A program made the translations under genes and the position numbers. A stretch of 62,842 bases of DNA, the filler included, from Diploschistes diacapsis (lineage: Eukaryota), in assembly GCA_023645945.1 (NCBI GenBank). It is 5 parts of 5 records of this genome, joined end to end, with 100 filler letters (N's around TTAATTAATTAA, not from the genome) between each part and the next. Parts side by side here need not be neighbours in the genome. Positions count along the whole stretch, not along the records: positions 37,815 to 50,280 come from JALAIB010000737.1; positions 50,381 to 62,842 come from JALAIB010000738.1; 3 more parts are not named here. One strand, given 5' to 3'. Shown here piece after piece: positions 48,638 through 62,450 of the stretch (its first letter is position 1; each line of letters starts with the position of its first letter). Under the pieces are notes generated by a model. The model was not told the DNA's origin and did not search any database. It saw only the letters and a program-made list of their open reading frames with translations.

Positions 48638-49734
48638 CTAGTTAGGTTTGCATATCACCCGAGTCCTCATTTGCGATGCCCAAAATCTGCAGATCCTTGT
48701 AGCCACGAGTTCACTCTGTGTTATTGGAAACACATGACCGCCATCAATCTCCATTATTTTGAGGTTTGAGGGTTGAAGGAGTGTTGTAGCTTTGTGGCGG
48801 AGTTCTTCTATAGGAAGAAGGGGCAGGAGGACTTTCTGGCCATGAAGCTTGTTCCAGACGTCTGCCATGTTTTGCAACTCCTTTGGCCCTGTTATATGAG
48901 AGGCAAGTCTACGCCACGTGTCGTATTGCTTAAGTATCGGTGCGTGTTTCAATGCGCTTATGATACTGTGTATGAAACCGCGGTGGTAGTCAATCGCCCA
49001 GTCGGTAATGCCAGAGACATTGAGACGGTTTTGATTTTGAATTTCGGCAGACCATCCGGTTGTATTGATTTTATTATCCAAATTTTCTGCGTATTGCCCA
49101 ACACGAAACCTGTCCGTGGGCCCATTCAGAAGTACCCTCACTACCTTCCCAACATACTTCCTGGGAAACAACTTTGGGCAACGTAGTGGCAGAGTCCGGT
49201 ACTCCAATGTTAACGCGTCCTGTGGTCTTCGTGAAGAAATGAGATTAGGAAAATATGCAGCAAAGGAAACGGCGAGGGCGCCGCCCATTGAATATCCTAC
49301 CAAGCCGAAGCCACCGTGGACGCCGGTCCATGACAATGAAGAAGTGCTAATTGCCAGCAATATTTGTGTAGCATAAAGCCTTAAATCGTGCCTCAAATCT
49401 GGAGTGCAATCTGAATACCCTCTTCCCCATAGGTCTAAGGTGTCAACACGAACTAGTGTCGATTATAAATTTGACATACCGATGAGGAGGACTTGACAAC
49501 CTTTTCCTGCAAGATATTTGGCTATTGAGCCCAATGTTGGCGCAGGAGTACTGAGTTCTTGAAGGAATAACACTTTCCGACCATCCTCATGTCCCCGTTC
49601 ATTGCCCGCATATTGTCCAATGGACTATCGACACCACGACCTCCAGCCAAGGCATTGGAGGGATATGGATGGATGGTCTGATATGTACTGATTGCCCTGC
49701 AATCGTAGGATATCTGATGCTGGAAAGAGACCAT
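48638..49734 (-). pseudogene. Alpha/beta-hydrolase fold protein, degenerate
   Basis: HPYPSNALAGGR.VDSP, (shifted frame) EDGRKVLF...STP, DLWGRGYSD, nucleophile elbow GYSMGG, C-terminal GGHVFP. Frameshift at ~49605, no clear start, and the strand after the elbow helix appears deleted. Confidence 0.72.
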
Positions 49735-49980
49735 GAGGCCACCCCATCATCGAATGGAAATGAAAGAAATCAGAAAATGATGAGAAATTTGGAAAAACAT
49801 TCCCAAGCAAAAGTTTCAAAAAATATATTTTCTTAACTCCGCGGACAACACTCCCCTCCACTCAAACGCCGCAGCTCCCTGCCCAAAAAAAAGTGTTCCC
49901 ACGATGCGCACCAGGCACCAGAGCAACTTTTCCATTCCAGCACCATCACCTTTTTCCCCACTACCCTCCCACAGCCCAAG

Positions 49981-50171
49981 ATGCCCAAATCAAAGCGCGC
50001 GAAAGTCGTGCACCTCACCAAAACCACCAAGAAAACCAAAGAAGACTCCCGGCGCCACATCTCCACCATCCAAGAATGCGCCGAGAAACATCCCTACATC
50101 TACGTCCTCTCCGTCGAGAACATGCGGAACAACCTTCTTAAGGACGTGCGGGCCCAGCTCACCGACAGCCG
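49981..50171 (+). CDS. MRT4: Ribosome assembly factor Mrt4 (uL10/P0 paralogue), first exon; truncated by the contig end
   Basis: MPKSKRAKVVHLTKT.KK.KE...YIYVLSVENMRNNLLKDVRAQL.DSR followed by a GTACCG donor and pyrimidine-rich intron. Confidence 0.92.
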
Positions 50172-50280
50172 GTACCGTCCCACCGCACCCCCACCCTTCT
50201 TCCACGTCCCACTTTTCCCCGCCCACCTCTCCCTTCCCTTCTCCCCGCGCCCCACCACTCCGCTAACCCCCCGCTCCTCC

Positions 50281-50380
50281 NNNNNNNNNNNNNNNNNNNN
50301 NNNNNNNNNNNNNNNNNNNNNNNNTTAATTAATTAANNNNNNNNNNNNNNNNNNNNNNNNNNNNNNNNNNNNNNNNNNNN
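50281..50380. other. Artificial contig spacer
   Basis: N44-TTAATTAATTAA-N44. Confidence 0.99.
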
Positions 50381-50554
50381 GTCCTATACCTGATACCCTG
50401 AGTATCACTGCAAGTTACCTACGTCTATGTGTCGGAGTATTGTGTACGACAGACAAGCTGGAGTGCTCGTGCCATGTGATGAGGATCAGGCATCATCGAA
50501 ATAGTCAAACATAAGGCCCAACAACGACGACATCCATACAAGTAGGTACATGTA

Positions 50555-51125
50555 TCCACCATCACCACTACCACCACCGCCGCCGTCGCCGTTCTGTCAC
50601 AGGCTGTCAGATCCGGGACTGCAACCTCACTTGCAGTCACTATTACTACTACCACCACCACCACCACCACCACCATTACTACTACTACTACTACTACTAC
50701 TATTACCACAAAATCTCCTGCTTGAGTAGCAGTACCAAGGACCTCGGTACTCCAAATCGTACCCATTATTACATGGAGGTCCATTCAGGTGTGTAAGCTT
50801 GCTTCTTGCTTTCACGACTATGGCATGACTATACAGGTTTAGCATGCAGTTTTAGGTTATAGATGTATATAGGGAGTACGTTACAGCGGCCACGCATTCT
50901 TGATTGTGCGTTATAGTTTCCGTGGGCCCAAGGATGCATCGGATAAGTAAAGTACCTCTACTTCCTAATGACAGTTCTAGCCCCATGTCAGCAGCACCCG
51001 CCACTACCACCTCCACCACCACGACCACTAATACTACTACTACTAACATGTTTATTACCACTTGCCCAACCGCCTCCTTCTCCTCCTCCTCCTCCTCCTC
51101 CTCCTCCACCACCACCACTACCATC
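50555..51125. repeat. Cluster of (ACC)n, (ACT)n and (TCC)n trinucleotide microsatellites upstream of mtfA
   Basis: Runs read directly at ~50645-50705, ~51000-51045 and ~51072-51122. Confidence 0.9.
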
Positions 51126-52334
51126 TGCCTGCTTCCCCTGTTCCAATCACAAAAGTGCAGGGTGCTGTTTTGGTCTGGCACGCAATACTCAGGGCCCAGG
51201 GCCAAAGAACGGCAAGTCGTAGTCTCCTTACTCTCCTCATTCCATTTGCCTCAACGCTCAGGCTTCCGCTACCTGGTAGCTTCCATTCAAGTTATTCTTA
51301 TTCCTGTCCACTCTTGTCCAAACTTCATACTTTTATTAGACGAAGCCCCCTTCCACACCTGCTAGCAAACCTTAGCAAAGGCAGCTGGCGCCCCTTTCCT
51401 GATGTTAGCCCAAGTAGACAACATCATTCACAGCTTCGTCCTTGCCACACATCCATATATTCACATCCACCTTTAACCTTCCACGTCATCTTTTTCAGCT
51501 CTCAGTTCCCCATACATTCCTCATCCTGACTTTCGGCACTTGCTGCCAGAATGACTGGCTCGGACACGTCTGTCCCCGTTGCACTAATTGGCCATCTCAT
51601 CAACGACCAGCAAAGCCCAATGAGCGTCAGTACTACGAAGGTACATCACTATTTACGCCTTGGCCAGTGTTATTGAAAAGGTACTGCCCGCTGTACACAC
51701 TGCTCGTTGACTCTGCGTCCTTCAGTCTGCCAATTTGCGAGTCACTCGCTTTTGCCTTCGTTCTTGTTCATTCATACGCCAGCCATACCAATATTGGCGG
51801 GAAACGTACACATCTGGATTCGCAAGGGAGACCATCTGCTAGGCTATTCAGTAGAAAACTCTCCTAGTGGTATCGGGATACCCATTCTTATGATACGTTG
51901 TTCTGGGCCGGATGAGCCAGCGAGGTGGTGACCTGTCATAAAGAGCCGACACTGTGTGTACCTATTTTGTAAGCCTACTATCTCCACACCGTTTTGTTCC
52001 CAATCAGACGCGCAAATCGTCACGAACGCTCCTCCATCTTTCGTCGATCTTGATCGTTTTGTGTCTACACTGACTCTACGCAAGCGGCAACAACCGTCTG
52101 TTGGCCCTCCTTATTGTCCTCGACCCCCCCTATCTCCATCCCCCTTTGCTTTTGGTTTTTTAGAAGCTTTCACTGACAGGCTCTCCCGCTGAAGATATGC
52201 ACGCTTCGCTGCTGACCACAAATCCTCCTTCTATTGATGACGTTCATCGCGCTCTGCTCCTAAGCCCATGCATCCTCTCGTTAAAGGGCTCTAAGATACT
52301 ACGTGCGTCGGATGAACCAAACCGTTTGCCGGTA

Positions 52335-53235
52335 ATGGTTTCCTCCAACCATCATGACAGATCATCCTCCGGCAGATCAAACAATGCTCCCGGCTACTCC
52401 CGCTCCTCTAGGCCTCCACCTCCGTCGCCAGTGCGTGGTACCGATAACCTCACGTTGCCCCCAATTCGCAACCTCATTGGAATCGCCGACAGTCCTTATG
52501 TGCCAGGTAAGCTCACGGAAGCCGTCCATTGATATATATTGCTTGGTGCTGATATACCGTGACGCAGGCACTTCGAGTTCACGAGACACTCTGAAAGCTT
52601 ATGATGAGAGGAGAGAGATTTTGTTGGAGCATCGTCCTCGTCCATTGACTTCCGAGCAAGGTACTACGGACACCCCACGTAATCTACCACTCGCTGCCCC
52701 GTTACGCTCCGGTTCTGCTGCTCATCAACAGAGCATTAGAGGTGTTGGGAACAGACTTGAGGCTCAGAACAACAGGGCCTCGGATCCAGCCAACCCCCGC
52801 CGTCCTTCAAGCCCGCCTCATGCGACCTCCCCAAGTAGCTCATCTCACCGATCATTACCCTCGCTGAGCAGCGCGTCGCTGTCTTCGAACGGAGGCTTCC
52901 ATCAACCATTGCCGTCCGTGTCTCCCATTCCGGGAGGGCCCACTCTCGGTTCAAACCCTCCAAATGTTTCGGCCGTTGACCAGTCGAATCCGTGGCAACA
53001 CCACCACTATATTGCACCATCGACTTCGGCAGCTTTCGCGTCCCAACAGAGCGAACGATACATATGCAGCACCTGCAGCAAAGCGTTTTCGAGACCTTCC
53101 AGTCTGCGGATACACAGCCATTCACATACAGGAGAAAAGCCTTTCAGATGTCCCCACGCTGGCTGTGGGAAAGCGTTTAGTGTACGAAGTAACATGAAGA
53201 GGCACGAAAAGGGTTGCCACGTCGGTGTGCCTTAG
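52335..53235 (+). CDS. mtfA: C2H2 zinc-finger transcription factor MtfA-like; exons 52335-52506, 52568-53235 (an in-frame upstream ATG at 52197 is possible)
   Basis: N-terminal LTLPPIRNL motif, WQHHHY, two C-terminal fingers [54 protein letters not shown]; the GTAAGC..GCTGAT..GCAG intron joins the frames. Confidence 0.85.
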
Positions 53236-56200
53236 GGGCTTACCTGTAAGAGTAAGGGCTGTAGATGTGACGGCTCCACGTTTTCGAAAAGAAAGATTCC
53301 CAAAAAAAAAACTTCAACTTGTGTATTATGCGCAAGCGTCGATTTTCTTACTGGCATGGATGGAGTTTATCCCATAGCACTTGGCCTTGAGGATACCCCT
53401 TTTGTTCTATGGTTCACAAACCCTTTTGCAATTGTCCCTCGTGCTAGGTTCAACGACGTGCATGGGTTAAAGAGGTTCCCATTGAGCTCTCGGCTGGCTT
53501 TTCACCAGGTTCTCCCTTCCAAAGCCAAAGTCTCGGGCGGCGATCGTGTCGCTATGAAGTGGGCTTTATCGAACCAACCTTTATCGGGATATACTCTCAT
53601 CTGGGTGATTTTGAGAGCTTGGTCGGTCGAGACATCAACTTTTACTATTTTCGTTATTTTGAAGTGCGTACGAGCATTTCAGAGTATGAGCTTTCCGCCA
53701 GGCATGTGAGAAGTCTTCAGGATCTTACAGCTTTTTAATTGGGCGAGCTGGGCAACAGAATTACCAACTTATGGTTTCGTGCTGGGATGGGATCGTTGCT
53801 ATTTACGTGCCATACGTTGTTGGCTCCATACATCTCATCTAGAAACCTCTGTGGGTTGAGTCAAGCCCTTACTAGGTTGTGCACCACTCGGGCACCGAGT
53901 GAAGGGGCGGGTTTCCAAACCCCAGGGAAAGCAGAACAAAAGATCCGATACCCTTGGACAAGATATGGCCCCAGAAAGTTTACTTCGCGCAGCAGCATGA
54001 GCCGCAACTAAAGGCCGTGGACTTTTAGTTGCAAATCTCGCCTGGGATGTTGGGAACATTTAGGCAAGCGCAGATAGAAAATACATACTAGAGCTTCCGT
54101 TGGGAATGAGCCGTGATGGGTAAAGCAAGCGAATTGGCATTCCATTCCAAGCTTGCTCTATCAGCTTTTGGTGAAGAACTAATTTGGCTTTTTTTCCCTT
54201 TCCTTTTCTTCCGATTTCATCGTGGTAGCTCCAGGCTACTCCTGAATACATAGAACATGAGCATAGTATAACACGAATATAGGCTATTATACCCAGTACC
54301 CCCCCCTTTGAATGACCCGGATCAAGTCTTTTTTCGAATATTATGAGTCAAATAATAATATTGATAATGACTCGCATTACCAGCTGAAGCTGGATTGCCC
54401 GGATAATCTTTGTACATTAAAATTCCCCCTGGGCTTTGAAAGAAAACCAGCCACATACATATAAGCATGACATTTAAAGCACAGCCACACAAAATTGTCC
54501 CCACATAAGTGATATTTCGTCCGCAATATTTTTGTTCATAGCGATTCGGCCGAAATAAGCCAGGTTGTTTAACCTGGAACAAAGAAAGCTTTTCGGGAAG
54601 GTGGACAAGCAGTGGGTTTCGAACCCATGACCTTTGAAAAGGTCTGTTAATAGTTCATTCGACCATAATAATGATGATAAGTTTGATACAATATAAACGT
54701 TTGTATTATCTGTACACTCTCCTCCCATAACGGCCTGCATTAGCGCATCCGGTAGGGTCTTATCGTGGTTGCCCACCGTCCCTGTTAACGTAACTTTGTA
54801 CTGTGCAAACGGTACGATGAGTAGCCGCGAAAGGGGGGAAAGGGAAAAGCTTGAATCAAGGACCAAGACGCTGCTTGCGCAAGCCTACAGAGGTACAGCC
54901 TACAAGAACAACTTGGTCCTGGCCTGGTAGGCTGGGAACCTGGGCGAACAGCTCGAAATACTGTACTTTGTCGCGAGAAGTTGTTGCCCCCCGGCCCAAG
55001 TTCTCGGCATGGGGGGGCATATCAGCTATTCTCCCGAGCATTCGGTTCCATGATCATTTGTTTTGACCAGTTAGGTAACTGACCTACAGGCTACAGACTA
55101 CAACAAGGCTACAGGCTACAGCCCCTTCGGTCTTCTCCTTCTTCTTCTTCGCTTAGAAGCTCCAGGGGCCAGTGCTTTTTTCCCCCATTCGCAGCCAAGT
55201 TAAGCAGCAGGCCGCCTACTACTACCTACTACCTACTACCGCCTCCCCCCCCACCCCCCCCAAATGAGTCTATGACATTGGATATATACTGGGGATCTTT
55301 GACGCTATCTGCAGCCACATACACGCAGTCTTGCAGCCGGGAGCCCGGAGGAAGCACAGGCACCATCAGGCTAGAGAGTATAAAGTAGGTAGTCGCTATA
55401 CTGTCAAAATCATCTAAACCGCGATCGTGAGCTACAAGCCAGCCTTTCTCGACATCGACAGGATATTCGACAGATGGGAAAAGCAATGCTGGGAAGAATA
55501 CCACCCACCCACCCACCGCCTTTTTCTCGCTTGGATGAAGTTTTACTGGTCATTGACCATGTCTAATGGCGACCTATACCAAGCCAACCAACATAGTCGT
55601 CTCACCTCAAAACTTTGAATGACCGCATACGATATAGAGTGATTTACGAGGTCTGTCACGCATGGTGGGCAGTATTGCATAGGGGCCCTAGATCGAATAC
55701 ACACTCGCAGCCTGCAGGCGAAATCTCGGACGTGCAGTACGGAGCGTCTCTTCTACAAAATAATCCTTTTTCCAAAACACGTGCCCATTAACTATCAAGA
55801 GCTTTGAGTTTTAAGCCTTGGGAGATCGGACGTTATTATCACGATGCGGTCAAAAATGGCAAATGCCAAATGCCGAAAATGACACCCCCAGTCAAGGCAG
55901 AACTCAGAGCCTGACCATCCATCTCCTGCCTCTTGGAGTCTTGAGCGTGACAGCTGCAGAGTGCCTTCTAGGCACCCGCACCCACGGGGCTCCCACCGCT
56001 GTGGCAACTGCTGGCAGGCGGTGGCTGTACCTCAGAGCTGACTTCAAAAAGTTTTCAAGATCTCCAACAATAGTCAACACTACTACATCGCCGGTCATCG
56101 GACAAGAACTATTGGATACCGGAAGCGAGGGAGAATGATGCCCAATCAAGCGTGTTTCTTAGTCTATTTATCTTGCATAAGTTCGTGCTTTTCTTGCTTC

Positions 56201-58974
56201 CCGTCAGACGGAGCAAGATCAGAGGGACCCCAAGACGTGCGACGAAAAGTCCAGCGGTAAAGCTTCCTTGATTACTATCCAGCTCAGAGAGACCTTGCGT
56301 TGGGAACTCCCGAATTGGGTGGGGAAAATACTACTAGCAAGGACGGATGGGGTAAAGTATTGGTACTAGGTACGAAGCATCACCTACTGCATACTGATTG
56401 TAGGTAAACGCAGAAGTCCCTCGACGTGGGCTTTCCCTCCACCTCCACAAAGCACATTCAAGAACGTTTCCATCCCTAGTTCTTGCAACAGTCTGGATAC
56501 AAACGCCATTTCTGGCATAGAGATCCCTGTATATACTAGATCCTGCACTGCACCCTCGGAAGTGTTGGCGACTTATCAGAACTGTTGACTGTGCAGCATC
56601 ATAGCAACCACGATGAACACTCTCTTGTCGTCGCAGCCAGGGTCTGCTTATGTTAGGAATGTTCATTGGCGTGTGCAATGCGCTTACAGCAAGCAGCACC
56701 GATTAACCCCCAGCAGGAACGCGAGCATAGAGAGGGACGTCAAAGCGCAACTTGAGCCAGGAGAATCAGCCCAATTGCGGTTTTGAAGAAGGCCTTGTGA
56801 GAACGATGGGCTTTGGTGTGCTTGTCATGACCCTTCGAGCGTATCTACTGGACATTGGATCGTCTCCGCAATGTGAGATTTGGAACCTAGAAGGAACCTG
56901 ATGGCGACCACCTGCTGCTTGATCTCTGCTAGTCTCATGCCTCACTCACTCTGCAAAGCAGCAACCGCCAAAATTTAGGCGTCTCGACAAGCCCCGAACC
57001 TGCCTCAATAGTACTCTGCGCCTATCATCCAGCAAATGCTGCTTTGGGTCGTCACGCAGACAGATATTCTTTCTACTACCTTTTCTCATCACCTGTGGCT
57101 GCCCCAAGGCGTCTGCCTCAATCTGCCGGCCTCAACTGCTCGTTTCTCTCTCCTCTCTCTTACTCCTCAATCTTAGTCTAAACATCCCTTGTTGGTCTTG
57201 CCCTGCGTACTGAACGTTTTGAAGCCTGCCAAAAAAAAAAAAAAAATTCCCCTCACCCTACTGATCCCCAGCATAGCTCCATCGAAGCGCCCAGGCTTGT
57301 CCAAATCTCTCTCTTACCGGTCTCTGCTTCCCCAGCGGGACTGCCTCGATCGGCTAGCCTGTCACTGCCAACACGATCGTTATCACGCATGGAGCAAGCG
57401 AGTCTTTGAGATGGCTTGCCATGTGGATATCCTACGAGGCTCGACGCGACAGCAAACGCAATGCATGCGCCCAAGAACTTTCATCCTGCGTCGGAGTCGC
57501 TAGGAAGACGGCCGAGTCCTGTAGCTTGCCTTTCGTTCTGTACACGACGATCATACTGCTCCGAAAATTGGGCCTCGGATCGCCATAAATGTATATGTAT
57601 GAGCTTGCATCTCAAGCTCCGGGACTAATGATGCTCAAGGGCCCCATGCTGGGCGTGATGCGCGCGTTTCCCGTTGAGTTGGCGAGCCAGATGTGGGTGG
57701 GTTGCTTGGTGAAGGCGCCCCCGAGGCCGAAGCCGATGGCGATGAAAAAGGGAGAGCACGGCAAGGCGCAAATCCGCCGAGAGGGGTGAGAGAGGGTCAG
57801 TGAGCTGCGGGTGCCGAGGGAGCAGGACCAGTGTCATTAGGTAGGGAAATCGTTGAGGAACCTGGTTTGCAGCGAGGTACAAAACACTGGTGCGCTTGTC
57901 TCATGGGGAAGATGGGAGTGATGGGACCCCCTTTGCCCCGTGAGAATCAAAGGTAGGGAAGCAAGCTCTCCAACAATATAAAAAAGAAGGAGAAAGGAGT
58001 TTTCTGGCAAGGAAATGGTGACCTCAACGGATATCACATCGATCAGAAGCCAGTAGGCAAGGATGCAGTCGGCCCCGCTTTCCTGCCCATAGCCTTCACA
58101 CACGGAGGTTCGAGCTCACGTTCCCACTTCCTCTACCGACTTCCATCATGAGATACTACCAGAGCGCGCAGCCGCGCGGGTTCCTTTGCTTCCAAAGCCC
58201 ATTATAAGAGAAAGTCCTAGCGCGATCAAAGCTTCAGATACGGCAGGTAGATGCTCTGGAGGCTCTGGAGGCTCTGAATTGTCAAAATATTGACAAAGCA
58301 AGACGGTTAGGAGAATAGGAAGATTTGCTATATGAGGGCCTGCTGTAAGAGTTGGGAGAGTAGACTGACTTATATGTGGCTCTTTAAACATATAGACTAA
58401 TTGGAGGGATCTGTATCGGTTCCTCTCCGTTAGGCGAACGCGCAGAAGATTGGAATCTCGTGTATACTAAAGCTCACAAGAGATGCTGCTGATTTGCTTA
58501 CAATAATCCAAGGGTAAAGTAGCCCGTCCCCCTAAGGTTTGTTTGTTTTCTTTGCTCCTGGTGACCAGGTTGGGCTAATCACAACGCATTGCCTCAAATC
58601 CGAAAAGACAGAGCTTCAGCTGCTAACTACTGCTGCTGTTAGAGCGATAACAATGTGGATAGCTATTCGGTGGCAGCTTGTGTATATACATATATATGTG
58701 TATTCCCTTATCAAAACCCTAATCTTGTACGAAAGCATTTAACAATCTCGCCAGTCAGCACGTGCTGCGATTATAGATTTTCAGCCCCACCGTTGTTGCG
58801 TTGCATGCATTGTGGGTGGCCCACGGGCTAATAAACCTTTTTTTTTTTTTTGTTCTCGCTTGAAGTTCCACGCACTTCCATCAAGGGCAACTTGGGTGTT
58901 GTCCAGACCTTTCTTTCGCTGCTTGTGAAGAGAAGTCGCCTCCAAGCCAGAGGAAGTTCAAGAACTGGCCGAAG

Positions 58975-61900
58975 ATGCCTCACCAGATCTCCGTGCCGCT
59001 TCAGGGAGAAGCGACTACCATGGCGGTGAGACCAGCCGAGCCCTCCAGTGTCGGTGTGTCGCACGAGGAAGTCTCTTCTCTTCTCACAACAACGTTCACT
59101 GCAGCGACCTCGCAAGGAGCGCTCGATGCGGCTTATGCGCTTGTCAATGTCCTGATCAGTTCCGTCGGTTTCCGTGGCCTACAGGGCTATGGCATCCTCG
59201 CCGAAGTCAAAAAGGCCGCCGCCGATAAGAAGAGCGGTGCAAAGCGGGAAAGTGCGATGATACTATTAGGCGCAATCACCGAGAGATTACCCCCTGCGCA
59301 GCCACTCAGCGAAGTCGTGTTTCTGCTGCAAGAGACTGGGTGTGTGACATGGGCGCTTGATGCGCTGGCCGACAAAGGTGCTGTCGTCAAAGAATCGGCT
59401 GAATATGCGCTGGATGCGCTGTACAAGAATCTTAAGCCAGAAGCCAGGGTGATAGGCCTGCTGCCAGTTCTGTCGCAATACCTCGGGAAACGATCAGGCA
59501 AATGGCAAGGTACGGTCGGTGCTTACGGATACATCGAGAGGATGGCAAACGACGCAAAGATGGGCTTGGGGAGCAAGGAGGAGGAGAAGCTGAAGGATGT
59601 GCTGCGAGAGTCCATGGGCCTGAAATTGGCGTCGCTGATACCGGTTGTTGAGGCTGGTATGCACGATCTGAAATCGGAGGTAAGAAATGTCCAAGATAAA
59701 CTCGGTAGGTTTTTTGACTGATCTGCTTCGAAGGTGGCCAAGCAGGCCCGAAAAGCAATGGCTGCCCTCACCACGCTCCTCCAAAACGACGATGTTGCTC
59801 CTAGGATACCCCTAATACTCAATACTATGGAAAAGCCCTCCCCGGAGACCCTCGACAAAGCCATTCACGCGCTTTCGCAAACCACTTTTGTTGCGATTGT
59901 TACTTCGCCTGTTTTGGCACTCCTTACGCCGCTGCTGGAAAGGTCTTTGAATACACCGACCACGTCTCAAGAAGTCCTTCGGCGAACGGTTGTTGTGGTC
60001 GAGAACCTAACAAAACTGGTCCATGACCCAGTAGAAGCCAGGACGTTCCTTCCGAAACTCAAGCCGGGCGTGCAAGGCGTGAAGGATCGGGCTTCGTTGC
60101 CGGAAGTGCGGGAACTTGCCACAAGAGCCATGAACGTGATGAACAAGGCGATGGGTGACGATAACGGCAATGTCGCCAACGGGCAGATCGCACCAGTAAC
60201 GACGGAGGATGTCCTTCAGGTGCTAGAGAAGGAGGTCAAACTCCGTGGCGGACTTACCGCGAACCCAGGTGACTCTGAGATATGGTCTCTTGCCAAGACT
60301 TATATCTCTGGGATGGTCGGGGAAGATGTGATGATCCGAGAGCTTGCGCGAGTTCATGACTGCGTCGGCCCCTACCTGAGACCTATCATGTCGGAAGGAC
60401 AAGCAGATGCAGTAGCAGATTCGGTAAGTCAGTTCTTCGTTGAGGAAGACCATCGCAAGTTTGGAGCGCCAATCAAGCCAGACGATGGAGAGGTCGAGAT
60501 CGTGAATGCAGACTTTTCCCTCGGCTACGGCGGTATGCTCCTGCTGTCGCACACGAATCTTCGGCTTCTGAAAGGACACCGTTATGGACTCTGCGGCCGA
60601 AACGGCGCCGGAAAGTCGACGCTAATGAGAAGTATCGCCAACGGTAAGCTGGAGGGCTTTCCAAGCAAGGATGAGCTCAGGACATGTTTCGTCGAGCATA
60701 ACCAGGGCGAAGATGCAGACATCAGCATTCTCGAATTCGTTGCGAAAGATCCTGAAATCTCTTCAACAAGCAACCGAGAGCGTATCTCGGAAGTCTTGGC
60801 CGAAGTCGGTTTCACAAGCGGGCCAGAAGGTCGGCAGCAACAGAAGGTTGGGTCGCTATCTGGTGGATGGAAAATGAAACTTGCTCTGGCCCGAGCAATG
60901 CTGATGGGCGCCGACGTACTTCTGCTTGACGAGCCAACCAATCATCTGGATGTTGGCAACGTGAAGTGGCTCGAGGAGTACCTCAAATCCCACACCGAAA
61001 TTACCAGCCTGATCGTAAGCCACGACTCGGGTTTTCTCGATGCCGTCTGCACGGACATCTACCATTACGAGAACAAGAAGCTGGCCTGCTATCCTGGCAA
61101 CCTCGCTGCCTTTGTGAAAGTCAAGCCCGAAGCCAAAGGCTATTACACCCTTTCCACAGCGCAAGCATCCTTCAAATTCCCACCGCCTGGCATACTGGCC
61201 GGCGTGAAATCCAACACGAAGGCCATCATTCGCATGTCCAACGTCTCCTATACCTATCCCGGCGCAGCCAAACCTTCTCTTCAGGACGTCACCTGCGCCC
61301 TCTCGCTCTCCTCCCGCACAGCCATCATCGGTCCGAATGGTGCCGGCAAATCCACCCTCATCAAGCTCTTGACGGGCGAAACCATTCCACAGACTGGTCG
61401 CGTGGAGAAGCATCCAAACCTTCGTATAGGCTACATCAAGCAGCACGCGCTGGAGCACGTCGAGATGCACCTGGAGAAGACCCCGAACCAATACCTCCAA
61501 TGGCGCTACGCGAACGGCGACGACCGCGAAGTCCTGCTCAAGCAAACGCGTATCCTCACCCCCGAAGACAGAGCGCAAATGGACAAAGCAATCGACCTTG
61601 GCGACGGCAAAGGCACTCGAAAGATGGAGGCGCTCATGGGCCGCCAGAAATGGAAGAAATCCTTCCAATACGAAGTGAAGTGGCTGCACTGGCTCCCAAA
61701 GCACAACTCGCAGGTCTCTCGCGAGACTCTGCTCGAGCTCGGCTTCGCCAAGCTGATCCAGGAATTCGACGACCACGAAGCTTCCCGCGAGGGCCTGGGG
61801 TTCCGCATCCTTGAGCCGAAAGTCATCTCCAAGCACTTCGAGGACGTCGGCCTCGATCCGGAAATCGCCAACCACAACGAGATATCCGGCCTTTCTGGGG

Positions 61901-62400
61901 GGCAGAAAGTCAAGGTCGTGCTTGCGGGGGCCATGTGGAACAACCCGCACCTCCTCGTTCTCGACGAGCCAACGAACTTCCTGGACCGCGACAGCCTGGG
62001 CGGCCTGGCCGTCGCCATCCGAGACTACAGGGGCGGCGTCGTCATGATCTCGCACAACGAGGAATTCGTCGGCGCCCTGTGTCCCGAGCAGTGGCACGTG
62101 GCGAACGGGCGCGTCACGCACAAGGGCCACCTCGCCGTTTCCCTGGATCGCTTCGAGGACAGCAACTCCAACAGCAGGGCGGCGAGCACGGGCCCGAATT
62201 CTCTGGCGCCTTCGCCGGCGCCGGGCAGCGCGGTGGGCAGTGCGAGCGCGAGCGCGGTGAACAGCGAGGACGAGAGGGGCGGGGAGCTGAAGTTCCGGGC
62301 GGCGAAGAAGAAGAAGATGACGAAGAAGCAGCTCAAGGAGAGGGAGGTTCGGAGGCGGTTGAGGCATATTGAGTGGTGAGTTTTTTCCCTCTTTTCTTTC

Positions 62401-62450
<50 letters not shown>

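Noticed and set aside
49770..49835. GATGAG and A/T-run motifs upstream of MRT4 as PAC/RRPE elements
   Set aside because: Only partial matches to the yeast consensus sequences; too weak to call.
58105..58125. GGTTCGAGCTC resembling a tRNA T-loop
   Set aside because: No cloverleaf could be built around it; no tRNA or rRNA genes were recognised in the window.
60856..62367. 503-aa antisense ORF (and 282-aa alternative-frame ORF) within NEW1
   Set aside because: Shadow ORFs expected from GC3-rich codon usage of the real gene; no recognisable motifs.
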